Source of the DNA: a virus
Lineage: Duplodnaviria > Caudoviricetes
DNA: 34,396 bases
Direction: 5' to 3' (one strand)
Virus record (IMG/VR): IMGVR_UViG_3300032270_000633
Location: 1-34,396 of that record
Below the pieces are notes generated by a model that was given only the letters and a program-made list of their open reading frames with translations, did not search any database and was not told the origin of the DNA. Position numbers and translations under genes: made by a program. Each line of letters begins with the position of its first letter. The first letter of the stretch is position 1. This document shows positions 26,372 to 33,558 of this stretch, in pieces.

Positions 26372-26728
26372 ATGAAGAATAACGAACACCTGGCACAGAC
26401 TTTGCTTATTAAATGGTTTAGGCTTCAATATCCATTAATGGCAAAATGCCTGTTTGCTATCCCAAATGGGGGCGCTAGGCATATCGGAACGGCTATTAAA
26501 CTAAAACAAGAAGGGGTAACCGCAGGGGTATCCGATTTGTTCCTTATGATCCCAGCAAATGGGCTTCATGGGCTATTTTTAGAGATGAAAGCAGACAAAA
26601 GTGCAAAATTACAACAAAATCAAATAGACTTTTTAAATTTAGCAGAATCAATGGGTTATGGTGCGGAAGTGGCTTATGGATTTGAAGAAGCTCAAAAAAT
26701 AATACAAAAATACTTGCAAGAACGATAA
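26372..26728 (+). CDS. VRR-NUC domain nuclease
   Basis: EH..Q, FAIPNGG, GV.AGVSDL, FLEMK and Q..F motifs. Confidence 0.88.
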   Translation: MKNNEHLAQTLLIKWFRLQYPLMAKCLFAIPNGGARHIGTAIKLKQEGVTAGVSDLFLMIPANGLHGLFLEMKADKSAKLQQNQIDFLNLAESMGYGAEVAYGFEEAQKIIQKYLQER

Positions 26729-26776
26729 CAATCGGTTAATAATAAAAAAGACAAGATAAAAGAAAGGTGAAACTAA

Positions 26777-27454
26777 TTGCATTATTATCAACATAACATC
26801 GCGGATTACCGCAAAGATACAACACACTTAACATTGCTGGAGCATGGATGTTACCGACAACTACTAGATCAATTCTATCTTGATGAAACACCGCTCCCTT
26901 TAGAAGAAGATAAATTATTTAGATTATTTAACGCAAGGACTGAAGATGAAAAGACTGCTATTAGGAATGTCATTAATGATTTTTGGACTAAAACTGAAGA
27001 TGGTTATGTTCAAGGAAGGTCTAAAACTGAAATTGAACTGTATAAAGACCGATTAGAAGTAGCCACTAAATCTGCAAAGAAGCGATGGGATAAGGGTTCT
27101 ATGCCAACCCTATGCCAACCCAATGCCAACCCAATGCCAACCCAATGCCAACCCAATGCTAACTCACTAACTAAAGAACTTAATAACTTAATAACTAAAC
27201 AACCTATAAATACATATATATCTAAAGACTTTGATGTCTTTTGGGAATCGTATCCAAAGAAAAAAAAGAAAGAGGATGCGAGAAAGGCTTGGAATACGAC
27301 AAGACCTAATATAGAAGATGTGCTTAAAGCTCTTGAATGGCAGAAACAATCGCCTGAATGGTTTAAGCAGGGTGGACAGTTTATCCCGTATCCCGCTACA
27401 TGGATACGATCCCATTCTTGGGAGGATTCGCCGTCTGTATCAGTAACATTTTAG
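26777..27454 (+). CDS. Replication initiator (YdaU/DUF1376-like N-terminus)
   Basis: YYQHNIADY..DT.HL.LLEHG.Y..LLD; C-terminal FDVFWESYPKK and FIPYPATWI; internal tandem repeats; TTG start. Confidence 0.85.
   Translation: MHYYQHNIADYRKDTTHLTLLEHGCYRQLLDQFYLDETPLPLEEDKLFRLFNARTEDEKTAIRNVINDFWTKTEDGYVQGRSKTEIELYKDRLEVATKSAKKRWDKGSMPTLCQPNANPMPTQCQPNANSLTKELNNLITKQPINTYISKDFDVFWESYPKKKKKEDARKAWNTTRPNIEDVLKALEWQKQSPEWFKQGGQFIPYPATWIRSHSWEDSPSVSVTF
27101..27208 (+). repeat. Iteron-like array and AT-rich repeats (putative origin)
   Basis: Six tandem 11-mers, consensus ATGCCAACCCA (27101-27166), then five imperfect 8-mers beginning AAC (27169-27208). Confidence 0.8.
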
Positions 27455-27462
27455 GAAGAAAG

Positions 27463-27819
27463 ATGATAAATGAAATCTTATGTCTATCAGCAATTATGTT
27501 TGGTGAAGCAAGGGGTGAACCTGATCTTGGAAAAGTTGCAGTTGCTTATACTGCGATTAACCGCAAAGCCGATCCAAATTATCCGAAATCTATTTGTAAA
27601 ATAATGAAGCAACCCGCCCAATATCAATTTTTGGATTACGGGATGCCAACAGAAACACAAATAGCTTATTTAAAACCGCTTGCAAAAGCAATTTTAGAAA
27701 AAAGGATAGATGATCCTACAAAAGGGGCAAAGTTTTTTCATACAAAACAAATGCCAAAACCTTTTTGGGCTAGACAAAAAGAAGTTAAGATAGCTATAGC
27801 AAATCATATATTTTATTAA
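27463..27819 (+). CDS. SleB-like cell wall hydrolase
   Basis: CL...FGEARGE, VA...NR, YPKSIC, QF, DPTKGAKFFH and IANHIFY motifs. ATG 27463 has an AGGA RBS. Confidence 0.9.
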   Translation: MINEILCLSAIMFGEARGEPDLGKVAVAYTAINRKADPNYPKSICKIMKQPAQYQFLDYGMPTETQIAYLKPLAKAILEKRIDDPTKGAKFFHTKQMPKPFWARQKEVKIAIANHIFY

Positions 27820-27836
27820 GAAGAAAAGGATAAGAA

Positions 27837-28106
27837 ATGACAACAGATAATACAATGGCTTCTCTTGAGCTTTGGGTGAAACAGTTACAAGGATCAGTCG
27901 ATGTTCAAGAGATAGCTAAAACTAAACCAGCACCAATAGAAGATGTAGTAGCTCCCTATTCGGTATTTTTAAGACATTATGATAAAGTTGGTCTTTGTGC
28001 GGCTACAAATAAAAGACGCGCTAGTCGATGTAATGTAGAATTTGTATTTGATGGCAATACCCGTAAACTCAAAAATGTAAGAATGATTAATCAAGATGAA
28101 GAATAA
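27837..28106 (+). CDS. Hypothetical protein
   Basis: AAGGATAAGA RBS; operon context. Confidence 0.6.
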   Translation: MTTDNTMASLELWVKQLQGSVDVQEIAKTKPAPIEDVVAPYSVFLRHYDKVGLCAATNKRRASRCNVEFVFDGNTRKLKNVRMINQDEE

Positions 28107-28314
28107 AGAACCTGATACCAAAGAATGGCTTTTAAAAGTCCATAGACAAACTCAAACTGATCTTGAGTATAGAAAGGCATTGGCTAGAGATGTCAATGAG
28201 CTTGTAGAAGCATTAGATTGGATGGTAGAAGGTTTAACTCAAGGTGATCCAAGATATGACGCTATACCTTGTGTTAGAAATGCAAAGGTCATATTAGAAA
28301 AACTTAAAGGATAA
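28096..28314 (+). CDS. Hypothetical protein
   Basis: Overlap-coupled; ELVEAL motif. Confidence 0.6.
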   Translation: MKNKEPDTKEWLLKVHRQTQTDLEYRKALARDVNELVEALDWMVEGLTQGDPRYDAIPCVRNAKVILEKLKG

Positions 28315-28317
28315 GAC

Positions 28318-28536
28318 ATGGAAACTAAAGCTTGGATGATAGAAGAATTTGATAAAAATGATAATTTAGTTTGGAAAATGATTTCATTCTTCCCGCCTGA
28401 CAGTTTGGAATGGATGCGGGATATTCGAGGTAAGAAGCATAATTTAGTTATATCAGAGCTTGGAGTTATAAATTCTAAAAAAATTGATGGAGTTGAAAAA
28501 AAATATGATTCAAGCAAATTTGTGGTTGGTCTTTAA
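28318..28536 (+). CDS. Hypothetical protein
   Basis: AAGGATAAGA RBS. Confidence 0.6.
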   Translation: METKAWMIEEFDKNDNLVWKMISFFPPDSLEWMRDIRGKKHNLVISELGVINSKKIDGVEKKYDSSKFVVGL

Positions 28537-28621
28537 AATTGTTGGCTTTGCTTTGTGGGCGATTATATTCTTGGTTATTTCATTCGTCTTATTTTTATTA
28601 TGGGAAGAATTTAATGGCTAG
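28505..28621 (+). CDS. Small membrane protein (38 aa, not in ORF track)
   Basis: MIQANLWLVFKIVGFALWAIIFLVISFVLFLLWEEFNG*. Confidence 0.5.
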   Translation: MIQANLWLVFKIVGFALWAIIFLVISFVLFLLWEEFNG

Positions 28622-28718
28622 AATTATAGATTTTGCAATCAAAATATTAATCATTGGCGGACTTTTTGGTCTATTTCTAGGATTAGCGTTAGTGTTAGAA
28701 TTAACATTTATCCGATGA
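28614..28718 (+). CDS. Small membrane protein (34 aa, not in ORF track)
   Basis: MARIIDFAIKILIIGGLFGLFLGLALVLELTFIR*; ATGA overlap with 28715. Confidence 0.55.
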   Translation: MARIIDFAIKILIIGGLFGLFLGLALVLELTFIR

Positions 28719-28906
28719 GTTATGCAATGGAAGTATTATTTAGGTATTTAGTCTTTGATGACTTTGGCGAACCGCATAAAAGGTTTAGGACAAAGCATGA
28801 AGCTGAAACTTATATTATCAATAAGCCTAATCACAAGATTGAGCGCTTACCACCTCAACCAAAAGAAAATGTATTTGATTTAATAACAGACGAGCCACCA
28901 TTTTGA
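28715..28906 (+). CDS. Hypothetical protein
   Basis: Overlap-coupled at both ends; ends DEPPF. Confidence 0.6.
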   Translation: MSYAMEVLFRYLVFDDFGEPHKRFRTKHEAETYIINKPNHKIERLPPQPKENVFDLITDEPPF

Positions 28907-29046
28907 GCCATATATTAATTATTATCACAGGTGCTATTTATAGCTATATAAGTTTTGAACAGTTTTATCTTGGCAACAATGGAATGGGTATTTGTTATTT
29001 TGGTTATGCGCTAGGTAATGTTGGCTTATATATGATGGCTAAATAA
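28903..29046 (+). CDS. Small two-TM membrane protein (47 aa, not in ORF track)
   Basis: TTG start in a TTGA overlap; MSHILIIITGAIYSYISFEQFYLGNNGMGICYFGYALGNVGLYMMAK*. Confidence 0.6.
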   Translation: MSHILIIITGAIYSYISFEQFYLGNNGMGICYFGYALGNVGLYMMAK

Positions 29047-29057
29047 AAGGATAAGTA

Positions 29058-29486
29058 ATGACAACAGACGATAAGATAGGCTTTAAACAAATGATGGACA
29101 CAGTAACAACGCTCTATCAAAAACAACCATTAGATTTAGATACAATCCGAGTTTGGTTTCATAAGCTTGAAAGATTTGAATTTAGTATAGTCACTAAAGC
29201 TTTTGATAAGCATATTGATAACAGTAAATTCTTTCCCAGCATTTTTGACATTTTGCAATTGTGCAGGGAAAAGCCAATTGAATTTGCCAGGCTAGAAGCG
29301 CCGAAACTATCTAAAGAAGCTAATGCGGTTTATGCGGCAAATGTAAATAAATTTGTGCAGGACATTAAGAGTGAAGATAAGAAATTAAAAGATATGAGGG
29401 CTTGGGCGCATCGTATTATTGCTAACCCAAAAAACTATCCAGCAATCTCACTTGAATTCGCAAAGGAAGCTATAAATGCAAAATAA
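29058..29486 (+). CDS. Putative helicase loader/inhibitor (lambda P / G39P-like)
   Basis: W...L, V.KA..H and SKFFPSIFDI motifs; located in the replication region. Confidence 0.55.
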   Translation: MTTDDKIGFKQMMDTVTTLYQKQPLDLDTIRVWFHKLERFEFSIVTKAFDKHIDNSKFFPSIFDILQLCREKPIEFARLEAPKLSKEANAVYAANVNKFVQDIKSEDKKLKDMRAWAHRIIANPKNYPAISLEFAKEAINAK

Positions 29487-29745
29487 ATGGAGTAAGATAA
29501 GTAAATATTGCATTGAGCGCAATAATTTTTATATATCTAAATACATACTTGCGGATGGCGCAAATAGATTTGTATTATGGGATGGCACAAAAATGATTAA
29601 AATACACGATGACGCAAAGGCGCTAAAAGATGAAGCAGAGAGAATGGATAGTGAGCAAACAAAACATGCCCCAATTGATGATCTATTTGGAAGAATTAAT
29701 CAAAGAAGGAAAGACACCTCAAGTTACGATCAAAGAAAAGGTTAG
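29476..29745 (+). CDS. Hypothetical protein
   Basis: AAGGA RBS; overlaps the next gene by 116 nt. Confidence 0.45.
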   Translation: MQNKWSKISKYCIERNNFYISKYILADGANRFVLWDGTKMIKIHDDAKALKDEAERMDSEQTKHAPIDDLFGRINQRRKDTSSYDQRKG

Positions 29746-30001
29746 TGGTGATAAAAGGTCGCTTGAAGCAAATAAATTTTTGTGGGGTAAGTTATATAAA
29801 AGCATTAGTAACTTTACAGGTTACTTACCTATGGAAGTGCATCTTTTATGCGGGCATCTTTTCTTATCTGAACAGAAAACTATTAATGGAGTTCAAGTTC
29901 CTTATGTTCGTTCAACGAGTGATCTTACAATCGAGGAATTTACATTTTATATACAGAATATTGAGAGTTATTTTGCCCAGTTAGGGTGGTCAAGTGACTA
30001 A
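29630..30001 (+). CDS. NinB/Orf-like recombination protein
   Basis: KRSLEANKFLW and RSTSDLTIEEF..YI..IE motifs. Confidence 0.75.
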   Translation: MKQREWIVSKQNMPQLMIYLEELIKEGKTPQVTIKEKVSGDKRSLEANKFLWGKLYKSISNFTGYLPMEVHLLCGHLFLSEQKTINGVQVPYVRSTSDLTIEEFTFYIQNIESYFAQLGWSSD

Positions 30002-30284
30002 AGACGAAAGAAAACACTACGATAAACTGTCACAATTAGGATGTATAGTGTGCAGGCGAGAAGGATGGGGTTATTCTTCACCTCATATTCATCATATTAG
30101 ACATGGAGCTGGTATAGGTCAAAAAACCCATTTTAGCCTGGCAATTCCACTTTGCCCTAATCATCATCAAAATGGCGGTTATGGGATAGCGTTACATGCA
30201 GGACAAAAAGAATTTGAAAGAAAGTTTGGATCGGAAGTTGAGTTATTAGCAGAAACTTTAAACTTAATCAAGGGCAATTTATGA
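29994..30284 (+). CDS. Ref-like (RecA-dependent) HNH nuclease
   Basis: LGCIVC, HIHHIR, IPLCPNHH, ALH.G and FERKFGSE motifs; GTG start. Confidence 0.8.
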   Translation: MTKDERKHYDKLSQLGCIVCRREGWGYSSPHIHHIRHGAGIGQKTHFSLAIPLCPNHHQNGGYGIALHAGQKEFERKFGSEVELLAETLNLIKGNL

Positions 30285-30343
30285 TAGAATTATTATTCGG
30301 CGTTATCGTTATGATGATCGCCATTTATTTTATGAATAGGTAA
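30281..30343 (+). CDS. 20-aa hydrophobic peptide
   Basis: MIELLFGVIVMMIAIYFMNR*; ATGA overlap; fills the gap. Confidence 0.4.
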   Translation: MIELLFGVIVMMIAIYFMNR

Positions 30344-30347
30344 TCTT

Positions 30348-30752
30348 ATGAAAAAAGTATATTCAATTAATGAAGCTATTATTCAAGTGCCTACAGTTAC
30401 TCTAGGCGAATTTATATTAAAGCTTCTTCATGCGGCAACTAACGGGCATATCTTACATTTACAAACTAAATCATATTCGGAACATAAGGCGCTTCAAGGT
30501 TACTATGAAAAGTTACCTGATGCGGTTGATGCAATTATTGAACAATATCAAGGCGCATATCAAGTCATTATTGAGTATCCATCAGGCTATGAAGCACCTA
30601 AAGCTGATGCGCTTCAGGAAGTAACTTACATTAGAGATTTTATTGTTGCTAACAGAGCAGTTGTTGGTGATTACACAAGCTTACAAAATGAAGTGGATGC
30701 TTTATTGAGTATTGTAGAAACAACAATGTATAAGCTTACTTTTTTAGACTAA
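30348..30752 (+). CDS. Ferritin/Dps-like four-helix protein (DUF5856-like)
   Basis: HILHLQTKSYSEHKAL..YY, D.IIE.YQG and YKLTFL motifs. Confidence 0.75.
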   Translation: MKKVYSINEAIIQVPTVTLGEFILKLLHAATNGHILHLQTKSYSEHKALQGYYEKLPDAVDAIIEQYQGAYQVIIEYPSGYEAPKADALQEVTYIRDFIVANRAVVGDYTSLQNEVDALLSIVETTMYKLTFLD

Positions 30753-31183
30753 TGCCAACTGCCCCGCTCAATACAAAGTGTCGGGAATTAGGTTGCAATA
30801 ATCAAAAGACTAGCCGATCCACTTTTTGCAACGATCATGGTGGGGCTATAACAGAAAAAGGCAAAGAGAATAGCAAACTTTACTCAACTGCCTTTTGGAA
30901 AAAACAAAGAATTATTCAATTAAGTAAAAAGCCATTATGTGCGGCTTGTTTACTTGAGGGCAAAGTGGTTCAAGCAATTCATATAGACCATGTATTTCCT
31001 CACAGACAAGATCAAAACAAGTTTAGAAGTAATTTGTTTCAAAGTTTGTGTGCGCCCCATCACACACTAAAAACTCAAGAAGAAAACAAGGGCATTTATC
31101 TTTATTACTCACCTAATGGGATCGTTGAATACAATGACACAGATTATGCCAAACAAGTTGCTGACAAAGCAGAATTTGCGTAA
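30752..31183 (+). CDS. HNH endonuclease (packaging-associated, HK97 gp74-like)
   Basis: C...GC...FC..H, PLCAAC, IDHV.PH and N..SLC..HH..KT motifs. Confidence 0.85.
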   Translation: MPTAPLNTKCRELGCNNQKTSRSTFCNDHGGAITEKGKENSKLYSTAFWKKQRIIQLSKKPLCAACLLEGKVVQAIHIDHVFPHRQDQNKFRSNLFQSLCAPHHTLKTQEENKGIYLYYSPNGIVEYNDTDYAKQVADKAEFA

Positions 31184-31490
31184 GATTTACAGACTTTGTG
31201 CATCATTACCGCCGTTTAATGAATACCCTATGCCGCAACCACACAAGATTAGCTTTAGTGTAATAAATACTAATGAAGTGTTTGGTTATTTTCATACAGA
31301 GCCAATGAGAATAGAGATTGATAAGATGTGCGACACTTGGGATCATATATTTCAAACAATGATGCACGAGTGCATTCATGTTGCATTGTATAGAAGCAAT
31401 CACCATGACTTTGACCAGCATGAGCTAAAGTTTAATAGAATAGCTAAAAGAATTTGTGATATGTATAAATTTGATATAAAGGAGTTTTAA
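31146..31490 (+). CDS. SprT-like zinc metallopeptidase-domain protein
   Basis: HECIH (HExxH) plus downstream H...F. Start could be 31116 or 31146. Confidence 0.7.
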   Translation: MPNKLLTKQNLRKIYRLCASLPPFNEYPMPQPHKISFSVINTNEVFGYFHTEPMRIEIDKMCDTWDHIFQTMMHECIHVALYRSNHHDFDQHELKFNRIAKRICDMYKFDIKEF

Positions 31491-31763
31491 ATGAATATGG
31501 ATAAAATAGCAAGTATGTTGTTTCCTGTAATTGTTTCAGCAATTGCATGGTTACTTACATCAATGGCATCTATTCAAGCAGACCTAATCAGCATTAAATC
31601 TAAAATGCCTAATCTCATTACAGAACAAGGTGTGCCAACTGATAGCCCTATATCTGCTGAAGCTAGAGCTAAATTAAAAGAAGAATTAAGGGCGCAAATG
31701 GGCGAACTAAATGTGCGTATTCGCATACTTGAAGAACATGACATGCAAAGGAAAGGAAAATAA
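31491..31763 (+). CDS. Membrane-anchored coiled-coil protein in lysis module
   Basis: Strong AAGGAG RBS; N-terminal TM; C-terminal RIRILE. Confidence 0.6.
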   Translation: MNMDKIASMLFPVIVSAIAWLLTSMASIQADLISIKSKMPNLITEQGVPTDSPISAEARAKLKEELRAQMGELNVRIRILEEHDMQRKGK

Positions 31764-32245
31764 TGCTTACACTTATTAGCTCACTATTATCATTCTTATC
31801 AGGTGGCTTGCCATCTATTCTAGGATTCTTTCAGGATAAATCAGATAAAAGCCATGAGATGGCTATGGCTCGATTACAAACAGAACGAGAACTACAAATG
31901 GCAGAAAAAGGATTTGTAGCTCAAGCAAAGATAGAGGAAATTCATTTAGAACAATCTCAAGTAGAAGCACAAGCGCAAGAAAGACAATCGCTTTATCAGC
32001 ATGACATAGAAATAAGCAAAGGTGCTAGTCAATGGGTTGTTAATACAAGGGCTTTAGTTAGACCTGTAATCACTTATGGATTGTTTGGTTTGTTAGTATT
32101 CGTAGAAATATTTGGTTTCTTTTATGCTATTCGCACAGGCGTTAATTTTTCTGAAGCTATGACATTGTTATGGGATAACGAAACACAAATTATATGGGCT
32201 TCAGTCGTTTCATTTTGGTTTGGAACTCAAGCATTTAAAAAATGA
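31763..32245 (+). CDS. Holin (3TM/GTA-holin-like)
   Basis: RALVRPVITY, hydrophobic helices and VSFWFG; directly before the lysozyme. Confidence 0.8.
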   Translation: MLTLISSLLSFLSGGLPSILGFFQDKSDKSHEMAMARLQTERELQMAEKGFVAQAKIEEIHLEQSQVEAQAQERQSLYQHDIEISKGASQWVVNTRALVRPVITYGLFGLLVFVEIFGFFYAIRTGVNFSEAMTLLWDNETQIIWASVVSFWFGTQAFKK

Positions 32246-32691
32246 AGATTTCAGACAATGGCATCAATCTTATCAAAAGGTTTGAAGGTGTTCGTTATAA
32301 GCCTTATCGTTGTCCAGCAGGGCTGTTCACAATTGGTTACGGACACCTCATTGGTGATGGCAAACAACTCCCTGATAGTTACAACAAAACTTTCACAGAA
32401 AGAGAAGTAGATGAGTTATTACGCAAAGACCTTGCACGATTTGAAAGAGGAGTTGCTATGCTATTCCCTGTGTCTTATAGATTCACTCAAGGCACTTATG
32501 ATGCACTTGTATCATTCTCTTTTAATCTTGGACTTGGCGCATTACAACGCTCTACTGTTCGCTCTGCTTTGTTACGCGGTGATAAGACTATGGCAGGCGA
32601 ATCGTTATTGAAGTATTGTAGGGCAGGTGGTAAGATACTAAAGGGATTGCAATTAAGAAGGCAAGCAGAACATAAACTATTAATGACATAG
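32242..32691 (+). CDS. Endolysin, GH24 phage lysozyme
   Basis: IKRFEG...Y.CPAG..TIGYGH, DALVSFSFNLG and GL..RR.AE motifs. Confidence 0.93.
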   Translation: MKISDNGINLIKRFEGVRYKPYRCPAGLFTIGYGHLIGDGKQLPDSYNKTFTEREVDELLRKDLARFERGVAMLFPVSYRFTQGTYDALVSFSFNLGLGALQRSTVRSALLRGDKTMAGESLLKYCRAGGKILKGLQLRRQAEHKLLMT

Positions 32692-32700
32692 GATAAGACA

Positions 32701-32982
32701 ATGGATAAGACAGAGATATTAAGAACTGCTAATGAGTATATAACTAAAGACAGGCAATCAACGCATGGACAAGCAGAGGATAACTTTGCTAACATAGGAA
32801 GATTATGGTCGGCTTATCTCAATCATCCAATCACTCCTCAAGATGTTGCAATACTAATGACACTACTCAAGATAGCTAGATACAAAGGCAATCCATCTCA
32901 TGTTGATAATGCAATTGATATGTGTGGCTACGCCGCACTAGCAGGCGAGTTAGGGCAAGGGGCTATAAATGAAATCAAGTAA
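32701..32982 (+). CDS. DUF6378-like phage protein
   Basis: DRQ..HG....NF..I..LW, DVA..M.LLKIAR and DN.ID..GYAAL motifs. Confidence 0.8.
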   Translation: MDKTEILRTANEYITKDRQSTHGQAEDNFANIGRLWSAYLNHPITPQDVAILMTLLKIARYKGNPSHVDNAIDMCGYAALAGELGQGAINEIK

Positions 32983-33084
32983 CAACGCTAAACCATTGAA
33001 TAACTTAATGTTTTTGGGTGTGCTAAACGAGCAGACGCGAAACCAATCTTTCGTAAAAGGGGTTTACAAAGGGGGGTGTCTATA

Positions 33085-33558
33085 ATGAGTGCAAGAATAC
33101 CAGCCGAAGTCCATTTAATTCATGGCACTAAAGGCGAAAAAATGGGAACACTCCTTCCCGAATCTGTGAAGCGAAGAATTCCCGAATCCGAGTGGATGGA
33201 CAATCCCGATGCCTGGAGCAAAAAAAGATTTTACGATGAAACTGCCGATTATCTTTTTGAAGTTTATGGCATAGGTTCGGATCAAGAGCGTCACACTCTT
33301 ACTATGCTGACAGATCAAATTGATACCTATGTTGATTGCAATCGACATATTGCTATTGAAGGTTTAGTGACTAGCTTTAATGACGGAAAGACTATTGGTC
33401 CATCGCCTTATGTTTCTATTCGCAAAGAAGCTCTCAAACAAATTATCCTTTTAATGAATGAGCTTGGACTTACTCCAAAATCAAGATTAGCAAAACCTTC
33501 TTCTATGCCAAGTTCTGTTTTAGGAAAATTAATGTTAGGACCACAAGTTAAGAGATGA
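33085..33558 (+). CDS. terS: Terminase small subunit (P27-like)
   Basis: P...H..HGT N-terminus, ELGLTPKSR; directly upstream of terL. ATG 33085 preferred over GTG 33076. Confidence 0.88.
   Translation: MSARIPAEVHLIHGTKGEKMGTLLPESVKRRIPESEWMDNPDAWSKKRFYDETADYLFEVYGIGSDQERHTLTMLTDQIDTYVDCNRHIAIEGLVTSFNDGKTIGPSPYVSIRKEALKQIILLMNELGLTPKSRLAKPSSMPSSVLGKLMLGPQVKR

Noticed and set aside
27101-27166. Tandem repeats as a CRISPR array
   Set aside because: The 11-bp units are contiguous, have no spacers, lie inside a CDS, and no cas genes are present.
27400-27462. N-terminal extension of the SleB-like protein as a signal peptide
   Set aside because: It overlaps the initiator gene, and the RBS supports ATG 27463.
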